Assembly (NCBI RefSeq): GCF_009914755.1
Contig: NC_060931.1
DNA: 64,000 nucleotides
Strand: one strand, 5' to 3'
From: the human T2T-CHM13v2.0 reference genome, Homo sapiens
Below are positions 29,066-40,559 of this stretch, piece after piece; position 1 is the first letter of the stretch; each line of letters starts with the position of its first letter. A model generated the notes under the pieces. That model had not been told where the DNA came from and made no database searches. It worked only from the letters and a program-made list of their open reading frames with translations. The position numbers and the translations under genes are program-made.

Positions 29066-30264
29066 AGAGGGATTTTTGTAACTGGTATCCTTCTAACACA
29101 ACTTATTTTATGTTCCTGCTTAAAATCCATTAAGGGTCAAGTGCAAACTCTGCCTCTCTCTCTAACTCATACTGGGTTTTTGGTTGTTTTCTTGCTGTTT
29201 TATTTTTTGTTTCCTTAATGCATTATATTTGATTTTGCCATACTCTATTGGAGTTGCTTGAATATGTCTGTCTGTGAAAGACTAGAAGCTTGTGCAGGAA
29301 TGGTCCATGTTCGTTGTCTCTCTGTTCTACTCCCAGCGGTAGGTAGTAATATTTAAAATATTAAATTAATAGTAAGGCATAGACACCAATCAATCAGAAT
29401 AGACATTGAAGTAAACAGCCAGTGGGATTCTGTCACTGTATAGCCATCGAACTGGGTGCCAGACCAATAGTGGGTACTTATTATTTATGAGTGAATGAAT
29501 GAATAGATTTAAGAATCATAGCACTTGACATTTTTTGACTTCTGTTTGTCTCACCCTTGGCTCCAGTTATATCCTTTTTCTTCTAAATCACATATTTAAA
29601 TTATATTTTATGAATCTTTAAAAGTGAACTTAAATCCCTTCCATAAGGATGGAAATAAATAAGTACATAAAACTGTTGGTGAACACTAAATATTATTTAT
29701 AATGATCATCTAAGGATTGCCAAAGTCTAAGCTGGAATGAAGACTAGGCTGTGAGTTATAATTCCTCCTTCTTCCAACTATCCAGCCTTCCACCTGTTGT
29801 AAAATTAGGTTCCTTCTGGTACCTAAAATTCTATCTAAGAGCTTTATTTCTTGGAATTAAAAGTTTTACCTTTCATAGATTAACTGCTAAATTGAAAATT
29901 ATCCTAGAATGGGTAAATATTAAAGAATGTAATTACTATTAGAATCCTAGCCTTCATTAGTTTTATTGAATTTCTCTCCAACTGATACCTTGAGAATAAA
30001 AAATAAAATTAATTAAAAAGGCACACATTAAATAATGCTGCATATTCTGTATATTCATTGGAGTAAAGAGGGCGAGATTAATCTAAAGTCGTTTTCTAAA
30101 TGCTAAATACAATACCTGACTACATTACAAGGAATGGGCCATGTATTTTACACATGAATTCTGATGCCCAGATATTTAGGTTTTAAAAAGCTTCCACTTG
30201 ATTTAAATGCATAGCAGCTAAATTTGGGAAGCACTGGGAGTATGGGTTCCTGTGGCAAAGTTAC

Positions 30265-30450
30265 CTCTAGATAGGGAATCCCACGGCCTTATCTGTGCAT
30301 TGAGTTCCCGAGATGAGAAGGCAGACACAAGGTAAGGAAAAGTACTAAAAGGGCATGGCAGCACACAATATAGTTTCTAGCTTCAGACATAAGAAAATGA
30401 TTTGTTTGAATACAACATATACTTTTGAAGGCCAGAAAGTGCCCTGGCCT
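30265..30450 (-). pseudogene. Candidate relic exon (186 nt, phase 1 to 1)
   Basis: TTTTCTTCCAG|...GAG|GTAACT; ARALSGLQKYMLYSNKSFSYV*S*KLYCVLPCPFSTFPYLVSAFSSRELNAQIRPWDSLSR. Confidence 0.45.
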
Positions 30451-32261
30451 CTGGAAGAAAATCTTTTCAGCATGAAGGATTGAAGCAAAAGGTATTTTTG
30501 GTCAAATACTTAGTCAACCAGAACATTTAATTAACCAAAACACTCTAATGTCACAGCATTCCAACTGAGATTTTGAAGCACAAATAAATAAGACATTGAA
30601 GCCTGAATAGTCCCTGTTCTTTATTCTCTCCCTTTCAAGGTACTATAATGACTTTTATGTTTTTAATTAGTGCCTAAGTAATACTTATTTCTACATTAAA
30701 AATTTCCCCTATACCAAGTCAGTGCTAACTCATGACAAGGCCTTAGCAAGTTATTTAGCTTTCTTGGCCTTCGTTTTATTTATCTGTTGGGGGTGGGGAC
30801 GAGATGTTTTTGAAGTTCTTTTTTTGTCCTAATAGTCTAAGATTCTTTGATAAATCAGCTATAGGCACAAAGTCTAGGAAAGCTGAATTTGTGGTTATGG
30901 GCCAGTGGAAAATAATTCTCTTCAGAGTTATAGACAAACATTTGTGACCTTAAAGACACTTATACCAGGTTGGTGAATTCCATCATAACTCCCCTCCAGG
31001 ACTCATAGCTAGTCGTGTCAATGTTGATTTGTAGCTATAAGGTTGGCATTTGTACAACTATTTTTCCAAACAAGTTTTCCAATTATGTAACGTATGGTTT
31101 AGTTGATATTAATCAAGGATGACTGAAGAAGCAGTTCTTCCATTTTTATAGTGCGTATGTGAGTATTTGTGGGTGTGGACAAGGAGAAGGCGTAACTTCC
31201 TGTATGAACGTACCCTTAGAATTCCAGTTTCATTCTGAATGCTTTTATGATAGGTTTTCTACCATGTAGGTGGGAAATTTTCAAAGTGTGCTCTCCTAAG
31301 ATAATCAGAGTGGCCGTAGGGGAAAAAATAACCATAGAGTTTATACCTTCTGCCACATTAATTTATTTAGTCTTCTAAACTGGCAGGGAGTTCTGTCTTC
31401 TTGCTTCAAATTCCCATGTGCTCATTTAAGTATTCACCAGCCCTTTATGATGGTGTGTTAACAGATTCTAACTGTTCAACAGTCATGTAACGGTGAGTTG
31501 CTTCCTTGACATAATAGTTAATTCAGGCTTTTATCCTTTCGTCTATTTTTTAGTTTACCACTGAGAAGCATTATCCATAGTTGAACTTTCTTAAATGGAC
31601 TGGTCATTTTAATAACAGAATTTTTGGGGTACATAATGGTTAATTCCCAAATATTTTATTTTGAGCCTTATCTTTGAAAGTCATTTTAAAACTAGTCTTT
31701 GTCCACTTTTCTAGGTTAGCAAGTACTATGTGGGTACTCAGCCTCTGATGCGTTAATGTTTGTTAAGAGAACGTTATTCAATCTTTCTTCAATTCCTGAG
31801 AATTTTCTCTAGGTTTAGGGTATCATTGTAAATATCGTTCCTAATTTTTCATGGCTATAGATATAAAAGGTAGAAGACATTGGAGGGAGTCTCCAATCAC
31901 TGTGAAGAACTTCTTCATTTCTGATCCTTCCAATATGGAAGCAATGCTGCTTCCAACCACAGCAGGTCATTGGAGTATTCTAGAACCTGGGGTTCCTGCT
32001 TCACTACTGATGTCATCTCACCCCTAAAATCATATCATGAGGCACTTGGAACAAGATGTCTCCTAGAGTCTGTCTTCTCGGATGCTCGGCATATTGTTTT
32101 GTACTCCCTCCCCTGGGATTACCTTCTCATTGCCAACATCCCTCCCTTCCATGATGTTTTAAGCCTTTTTTGCATTGGAAATAGACCTCTATATGCCATC
32201 CACCTCTTAGAAGATTGCTCTGTCCTGCTAATTGCCTTCTCTGAAGTGTGATTCTTTCCAG

Positions 32262-34312
32262 AAGCAGTACATAACCATTCCCTTTTTTCCATAACCTCAT
32301 TAGCATCTGATGTTCTTTTGCTTTTTAGTAATAGTCATTCTGACTGTTGTGAGATGGTATCTCACTGTGGTTTTGATTTGCATTGCTCTAATGATTAGTT
32401 ATGATAAGCATTTTTTCATATATTTGTTGGCCAGGTATATGTCTTCTTTTGAAAAGTGTCTATTCATGTCCTTTGTCCATTTTTAATGGGGTTGTTTTTT
32501 GCTTGCTGATTTAAGTTCCTTGTAGATTCTGGATATTAGACCTTTGTCAGATGCACAGTTTGCAAATATTTTATCCTATTCTGTAGGTTGTCTAGTCTGT
32601 TGATAGTTTCTTTTGCTGTGCAGAAGCTCTTTAATTAGGCCCCAGTTGTCAATTTTTGTTTTTTTGTAATTGCTTTTGGGGACAGTCATTAATTATTTGC
32701 CAAGGCTGATGTCTAGAATAGTATTCCCTAGGTTTTCTTGTAAGGCTTTTATTGTGTTAGGTCTTAGAGTTAAGTCTTTAATCCATTTTTAGTTAATTTT
32801 TATATATCGTAAGAGGAAGGTGTCCAATTTTAATCTTCTACATGTGGCTAGCCAGTTATCCCAGCACCATTTATTAAACAGGGAGTCCTTTCCTCATTGT
32901 TTGCTATTGTCGACTTTCGTGAACATCAGGTGGTTTAGATGTGTGTCTTTATTTCTGGGCTCTCTATCCTGTTCCATTGGTTGATGTGCCTTTGTACCAA
33001 TATCATGCTATTTTGGTTACTGTGGCCTTTTAGTATAGATTGAAGTCAGGTAATGTAATGTCTCGAGCTCTGTTCTTTTTCCTTAGGATTGCTTTGGCAA
33101 TTTCGGATCTTATTTGGTTCCATATACATTTTGGAATTTTTTTTCTAATTCTGTGATAAATGACATTGGTAGTTTGATAGGAATAGTAATTGCTTTGGGC
33201 AGTATAGTCATTTTAACAATATTGATTCTTCCTATCCATGAGCTTGGAATGTTTTTCTATTTGTTTGTGTTGTCTCTGATTTCTTTCAGCAGTGTTTTGT
33301 AATTCTCCTTGTAGAGATCTTCCTTGGTAAGCTACATTCCTAGATATCATTCTTTTTTTTGGCTATTGTAAATGGGATTGTGTTCTTAATTTGGCTTTAG
33401 TTTGGACATTATTGGTGGATACAAGTGCTACTGATGTTTATACATTGATTTGCATCCTGAAACTTTATTGAAGTTATTTATTGATTCTATCATCTGTTAA
33501 GAGACATTAGGTTGCTTCTGTATCTTAACTATTGTGAATTGTGCTACAGGGAACATGGGAGTGCAGATATCTATTAGACATACTGATTTCAATTCCTTTG
33601 GCTTTCAATTCCTTTAGATCCAGAAGTGTGATTGCAAGATCATATGGTAATGTTTAAGGAACCCACATAGTGGTTCCATAATGGGAGTGCTAATTTACAT
33701 TCCTATCAACAGCGTACCTGTATCAGGGTTCCCCTTTCTTCATACCCTTGCTGTCACTTATCTTTCATCTTTTTGATAACAGCCATTCTAACAGCTATGA
33801 AGTAATATCACATTATTGTTTAAATTTGTGATTAGTTGTCCTTGATGATTAGAGATGTTGAGCTTTTTTTTTTTCATATATCTGTTGGCCGTTTGTATGT
33901 TTTCCTTTGAGAAGTGTCTGTTCAGGTCCTTTGCCTGTTTTTTAATCAAGTTTTTTGTTTTCTTGCTATTGAGTTGAATTCCTTATATATTTCAGATAAT
34001 TAGTCCCTTATTAGATGTGTGTTCTGCAAATATTTTCTTCCGTTCTGTGGATTATCTGTTTACTCTGTTAATTGTTTCCTTTGCTGTGCAGAAGCTTTTT
34101 TGTTTGATGCAATCCCATTTTTCTATTTTTGTTTTGTTGCCTATGCTTTGGGGATCATATCGAACAAATAATTGCCCAGACCAATGTCATGGAGAGTTTC
34201 CCCTATGTTTTCTTCTGATAGTTTTACAGGGTCTTATGTTTAAGTCTTTTATACATTTTGAGTTAATTTTGTTGATGGTGTGAGATAAGAGTCCAATTTT
34301 ATTCTTCTGCCT
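32262..34312 (-). mobile_element. Two adjacent antisense L1 ORF2 fragments (junction ~33490)
   Basis: The L1 landmark TTGCTGTGCAGAAGCT occurs twice (~32612 and ~34081), so these are two separate L1 pieces. Confidence 0.88.
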
Positions 34313-34843
34313 GGGGGGATGAACAACTGGAGTCATAAATTCATGGTTTTATTCAGCAAATATGTGTTTGCTTGTTGGGCTTGTTGGATGTTCCAGGTAT
34401 TGTGCTGCGTGCTAGGGTAGCATAGTTAAGCTAATAATGAGCAAGACATAGTTAAGAAACGTTCCGTTTCTTCACTCTAGAAATCTACACAGATAAGAAA
34501 ATGAACAATTATAGAGAAAGCAATAAGCAAAGGTAATAAGGGAGCAGAGATAAGGGATCACTTAACTCAGAGACACACATCAGAGGAGGTAATGTCTGAC
34601 CCAAGCCTTGAGTGTTCTGACGCATGAAGGGAAGACAAAGGGTGATAAGATGATAGTAGGAGATGAGGACATTCCAGTTCTCAGCATGACATTGGGAGGG
34701 CCTTTGGTGTGCTGAGAAAACTAAACATTACGTTGAGAGCAACGACTTCTTCTGGCTATTTGAGGTGATATAAGTGTATAAGGGTTACTAGATTCCTTAC
34801 CAAGAAATTCAAAAGCAAAGGGGAGTTATGAAAGAGACATGTT

Positions 34844-35221
<378 letters not shown>

Positions 35222-36393
35222 CTAGAGAGTGAAGACTGGAGGCTGGGAAAGAGTTAGGAAGATGCCTTGAATAGTTCAGGGAAGAAATTTTAAGGCTTAG
35301 AAACAGGGAATTTTTGTCCCGGGATGAAGTTGAACAGGCGGATAGAGAACCCAGTGATTGATACGTAGCAGGTAAGGTGAAGGGGAGGTTTCTAGCTTGG
35401 ATGAATAGGCAAAGAGTGTGCTCCTAAACTGACCAGGTTAATTGGGATTAAAAGGAAATATATCACCCTGAAACCAAGGATGGCAGACAAGGAGGAGCCA
35501 TGGATAAAACTTTACAGAATTAAGTTTCAGAAAAGATGATCGGGTTGGTCTGGCCAAGCTGCGTTGCCACCACGTCAGAGGGTGCAGCTGCCTATGGGGA
35601 CTCCCATCTGGCAACCTTGACTTATACCCATTCTTCTTTTAAACTTCCCTGGCTCTTGGGAAATCAGTATGCATCACAGTTCCTGACAAATTAAGAGTCC
35701 AGAGAATACAGCAATTATATGATCTAATCATACTAATGTTTCAAGTTGTCATAAAGTTACTAAATTTGTATCTAATATCATTTAACTAGTAACTAATATA
35801 AAAGTATTTCAGCATCAGAATTTAAAATGTGAATCTGTCATTATGCATAGAGTTTTCTATTCACAGCAGTTCTACTTATATCCATATACACGATGGGCTT
35901 TGCCACTTACACATATTGAAGCTAGGATGTCAATTGGATAGGGCTCACAATCTCAAACTCATGGAAAATTTGGTAAATTTATCTCTAATGCCTATTCTTG
36001 TAAATGACAGATTTTTCACTGAAAACAGGGAATCGAGACAAACATCCTATATAGACTTCTTAAAGATCATGAAATGATTCTAAGTTGGTGCAAAAAAAAG
36101 TCTCAAGATGCCTGTCATGAATCTCTGCAGAACTCTGTCTGAATTCCATGTTACAAATGCTTCCCAATTATGGTAGTAAGATATGGAAGAAAATATGAAG
36201 AAGTAACAACTTTTTATAGCACACTAGTATATCATAAACACATATAGTATTCATTTTATTACTATATTATTCTTCCTTTAATACACATAATACTTAAAAA
36301 AATTTTTTAGCTTAGAAAGATTATAATTTTTTAAAAACTCAGTCAGTTCCATAAGCCTTTATTAATATTTTCTATGGAGATATGAGATTCAAC

Positions 36394-36401
36394 TGACGTC
36401 A
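36394..36401. promoter_or_regulatory. Perfect CRE palindrome TGACGTCA
   Basis: Motif seen with an intact CpG in a CpG-poor region; function unproven. Confidence 0.25.
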
Positions 36402-36418
36402 TTTTTTCTTTTTCTTAC

Positions 36419-36577
36419 TGCAGAGTGCCTTTTCAGGAATTAATTCTGCTGTTAGAGAAGTACCTATGTCTTCAGAGAATGTAAAGGTATGGAATATGTT
36501 CACTCTGCTTAAATCTTCCTTGGGAACTCATATTCTTTTTCTCTAGCAATGGTTGGAGCATGTGTTTTGGAGCACCC
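36419..36577 (-). pseudogene. Candidate relic exon (159 nt, phase 1 to 1)
   Basis: Strong acceptor TTTTGTTTCTTTTTATTCCCAG| and donor GCA|GTAAGA; VLQNTCSNHC*RKRI*VPKEDLSRVNIFHTFTFSEDIGTSLTAELIPEKALC. Confidence 0.5.
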
Positions 36578-36684
36578 CTGGGAATAAAAAGAAACAAAAC
36601 CTATTCTGCCATTGGCATTTGGCTTCCCCAATGTTTTCACTTGGTAGGTAGCTAGTAGAATGAGAAGCTGGGAAATTATAGCTA

Positions 36685-36927
36685 CAGTCAGTCATTCCTT
36701 GGTATATGTGGGGGATTGGTTCTAGGGCACCTGGAGTATACCCAAATCTGTGTACACTCAAGCCCTGCAGCTGGCCCTTTGGAACCCACATATAAGAAAA
36801 GGCAGCCCTTGATATATGCAAGTTTTGCATCCCAAGAATACCAAATTTTTGATCCCCATTTAGTTGAAAATATGTGCGTATAAGTAGACCCTCGCAGTTC
36901 AAACCCATATTTTTCAAGGGTCAACTG
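36685..36927. mobile_element. MER8 (TcMar-Tigger) MITE
   Basis: TA|CAGTC...GGGGGATTGGTTC...CAAGGGTCAACTG|TA, ~240 bp with TA TSD. Confidence 0.85.
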
Positions 36928-37372
36928 TACTTTAATCTCCATGTTCATCAGCCAAATATACCATGCAATTGCAAAATTCCAAAATCAGTATTTCCTCCTG
37001 GGGAATTTCCTTAACATTTACTCTCATTCTTGTTGCCTAGATAAAACAAAACTATGAAGAATCTTAGAGAATCCTGTCTGGATAAAACACAATTAGATAA
37101 TTTCAGATTGCATTTGAGTAATGATTAGACATTCTTTTCATTGCATAGTATTTTAATGTCTTTTATTGCTTCCATGGAAAATGTTATTTATATATGGTTT
37201 TCCATATAGGCATATTCAGTGCTTTCTTAAATCAGCCATAAAAGTGAAACAGCCAGATAATTAAACACAAAGAACGATAGATGTTTGGATGGTTCTTAAA
37301 TATCATATTTTAAATTTCATACATTTGTGATCAGTGTGATGATACTTTAAGGTCAATAAGAAACCATTTTCT

Positions 37373-37649
37373 GCTGGGTTTGGTGGTGCGTGCCTATAGT
37401 CTCAACCACTCAGTAGGCTGAAGTGGGAGGATTGCTCGAGACTATTTCTGGGCTGCAGTGATCTATGCCAATTGGGTGTCTGCATTAAGTTTTGCCTCTA
37501 TATGATGACCTTCTGAGAGCTGGGTACTGGCCCAGTTTGGAGACGGAACTGGTCTAAACTCCTGTGCTGATTCATTGGTGCCATAGTGGCTGTGAATACT
37601 GAATTGCCACTGCCCCCCAGCCTGGGTAACATAGCAAGATGCCATCTCT
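37373..37649 (+). pseudogene. 7SL (SRP RNA) retropseudogene with an internal ~27-nt deletion
   Basis: Alu-domain 5' end plus S-domain sequence absent from Alu (CTATGCCAATTGGGTGTCTGCATTAAGTT...GGCCCAGTTTGGAGACGGA...GTGCTGAT); ends ATCTCT. Confidence 0.9.
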
Positions 37650-37853
37650 GAAAATTATTTTTTTCTCAGAAAGAGAATACATTTCCCAGCCTTATCTGAT
37701 GCCTACCTCGTGCTGATCAGTAGTGCCATGGTCGCTGTGAAGAGTAAATTGCCACTGCTCCGCAGACTGGGTAACATAGAAAGATGCCATCTCTGAAAAT
37801 TATTTTTTTCTCAGAAAGAGAATATATTTCCCAGCCTTATCTGCTGTCTACTT
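37564..37853 (+). repeat. Tandem duplication, period 146 bp (7SL 3' end plus flank)
   Basis: GTGCTGAT starts at 37564 and 37710; AAGATGCCATCTCTGAAAATTATTTTTTTCTCAGAAAGAGAATA is identical in both copies. Confidence 0.95.
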
Positions 37854-38409
37854 CCTCAATTCTTCCCCCTCTCATGACAGCTGACAGCAAAGGCCCATGA
37901 TTTAGGATCCTCTAAAATCCCACCTGGGAAATGACTTCTTGCTGACAGGAAATTTTCAAAGCTAAAATCATGTACAAAAAGCAATGGTTACTTTTTAGAA
38001 TAATAGCTAAAATATAAAATACAGTAGAATCACTTTCATTGATTAATTTTTTGTTTGTTAGTTATTCACTCAACCTACAGCAATGACATAGCCAGAAACT
38101 CCCTGTTCTTAATGACGTAGTGGGTTCTCTGCCTGACAAAGGGCACCACTGTGCTTCAGGGCGCGGCTGCTGAATTCCTCTGGCCTTGGGTTCAAATTTC
38201 TGCTCTATTGTTTACTAGGTACATAACCTTGGGCAATTCACTTCACTTTTCTGTCTCCATTTTCTCTTTTGTAAACAGTGAATAATTCAGTAACTACTCA
38301 GGTTGCTGAAGCATTGAATGATATAGGCACATCAAGTGTTAGCATGGTGCCTCATATATGGTGGTTAATTATTACAAGTAAGATAATAACACTTGGTTAC
38401 TGTACTTAC

Positions 38410-38630
38410 TAGTGCTACTCTTTGACCACCTTGGGGGGAAAGAAAACCACTAAGATAATCCCCCTTATCATGAGCACTTCCTCTGTTGAAAAACTCAGTA
38501 GAATTCATCACAAAGAGGCCAGGATCAGATAAGAGGCCAGTATAGTCTAGTCTTTGGCCACCTCTGAACTCCTCTGAACTCCCTTGAGCATGGTATTTGC
38601 TGTACAGCCCTACACAGCAACCCTGGTAAA
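38410..38630 (-). pseudogene. Candidate relic exon (221 nt) with a fully open 73-codon frame
   Basis: Acceptor T-rich...AAATTTGCAG| and donor CTA|GTAAGT; YQGCCVGLYSKYHAQGSSEEFRGGQRLDYTGLLSDPGLFVMNSTEFFNRGSAHDKGDYLSGFLSPQGGQRVAL. Confidence 0.55.
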
Positions 38631-39225
38631 CTGCAAATTTGTGGCAAAAAAAAAAACCAAAAAACAAAAAACATAGCATAACATTGTTGGCACAAATGTT
38701 TACATGTTGCCTTATCAAAATGTTGCCACCTGTAGGTCTTTAACGTTATTTTGAAAAATAACACTTTTAAATTTTTAGAGAAAATATCTGAAATGGCAGA
38801 TTCAGCGTCATTCATGATCAATTTTAGTATTAGTGCATAGGGGAGCCCTGAGACTATTTTCCTCAATAGTTGAGTTTCCTCCATCATAGGTATGACTAAG
38901 GGAATAGAAAGATGAGAATTACTAGAAATTTAAAGGAGCGTTGTCAGTGAAAGTTATATAAATTGAATAAAAAATAGAGTGATATTAGTGATTCACCATT
39001 TAGATGGACTTTTTCTGCCAATTTAGGTCTTCCTTGCTATCCTGCCTCCACATTCCCCAATCCTAATACATGTTTGCTCATGCCTTTTGTGCTGTTGCCA
39101 TAATAAGCAGCCCAACCCCAGCCCTTATCTGCAGGAAGGAAACTGGGGGTAGCAATAGCTGAACAAGAACCAAGTTGAACACAGCTATGAGCAACACAGA
39201 TAAGCACAGGGACATGTCCCATATG

Positions 39226-39403
39226 CAGGATGGACTACATAATATGTGGGGCCCAGTGTAACATAAAAATGTGAGGCCCCTTATTAAAAAATGTTTTAGA
39301 ACTTCGAGATGGTGACAGCCAATCATTAAATGAAGGATCAGGCTCTTTTAAGTATGGAACCCTGTGAAGATGCACAGGTTGGATGCCCATGCAGCTGGTC
39401 CTA
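39226..39403 (-). mobile_element. MER45A (hAT-Tip100)
   Basis: CAGGATGGACTACATAATATGTGGGGCCCAGTG...GCACAGGTTG..GCCCATGCAGCTGGTCCT matches the reverse of recalled MER45A. Confidence 0.8.
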
Positions 39404-39969
39404 GACATTTTTCCTTCCCTGTTACTGCTAGTCTTATCTGTACAGGAATGGCCTCTGGTGGTCCAGCCTTTTACCATGTCCATGGAAGTTTACCTTATTG
39501 TAAAACCAAGTAAGTATTCAGGTTTTAATGCCAGATACATGATCTAGCTAATGGTTTAGGATTAAATGATTCTTCTTTTCTAAAGCCTCAGAGACACACC
39601 TTTTAATCAACTGTCACCCCCGCATTGTCTGAAAACTAGACGTAGTGTATAACATATGAATGTATACAAAAGAAGAACCCTCAGGAGTTAATTCTCAGCA
39701 TGCAATGGAAAATATAAATGGAAATACCATTGTAAGGCAAAAAAATTCAACAAGGGAACCATGAACTTCAGGTATATTATTTTAATTTGAATCAGTTATC
39801 TTAAAGACCCTATGAATATTTAAGCATTGTTTTTTTAAAGGCTACCGTACAGTGAGTTATACAAGTAAAACTGGAAAACTCTTGACATTCTTAATATTTG
39901 TGAGTTGCATGCCCCTCTGACAACCTGATGAAAGTCATAAAACTCATCCAGGTAAATATATGTTCCCAT

Positions 39970-39971
<2 letters not shown>

Positions 39972-40021
<50 letters not shown>
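39972..40021. repeat. (AC)25 perfect microsatellite
   Basis: Read directly. Confidence 0.97.
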
Positions 40022-40025
<4 letters not shown>

Positions 40026-40219
40026 TTCCCAAGCACCTTGAGATCTGTTCAGGAACTTGAGGCTAAACAAATCCTTGCTCTGAAACAAAGCTTCTGTTGC
40101 TGATCCTGAAGGACTCAAAGGGAGCTATTTTAAAACAGAAATAAAGATATAGATTTTATCTTATGGCTAAATGAAGTTAAATAAACAAGTTGGGGTCAGG
40201 TCATAAAGGATCATGCTAA

Positions 40220-40532
<313 letters not shown>

Positions 40533-40559
40533 AATGCTTTCTTAAAACATGTTTTGTGC

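Noticed and set aside
31210-31855. Two further minus-strand exon-like segments (~31213-31313 and ~31742-31855)
   Set aside because: Each lacks one canonical splice site and the frames are ambiguous; not listed as features, though compatible with the relic-gene idea.
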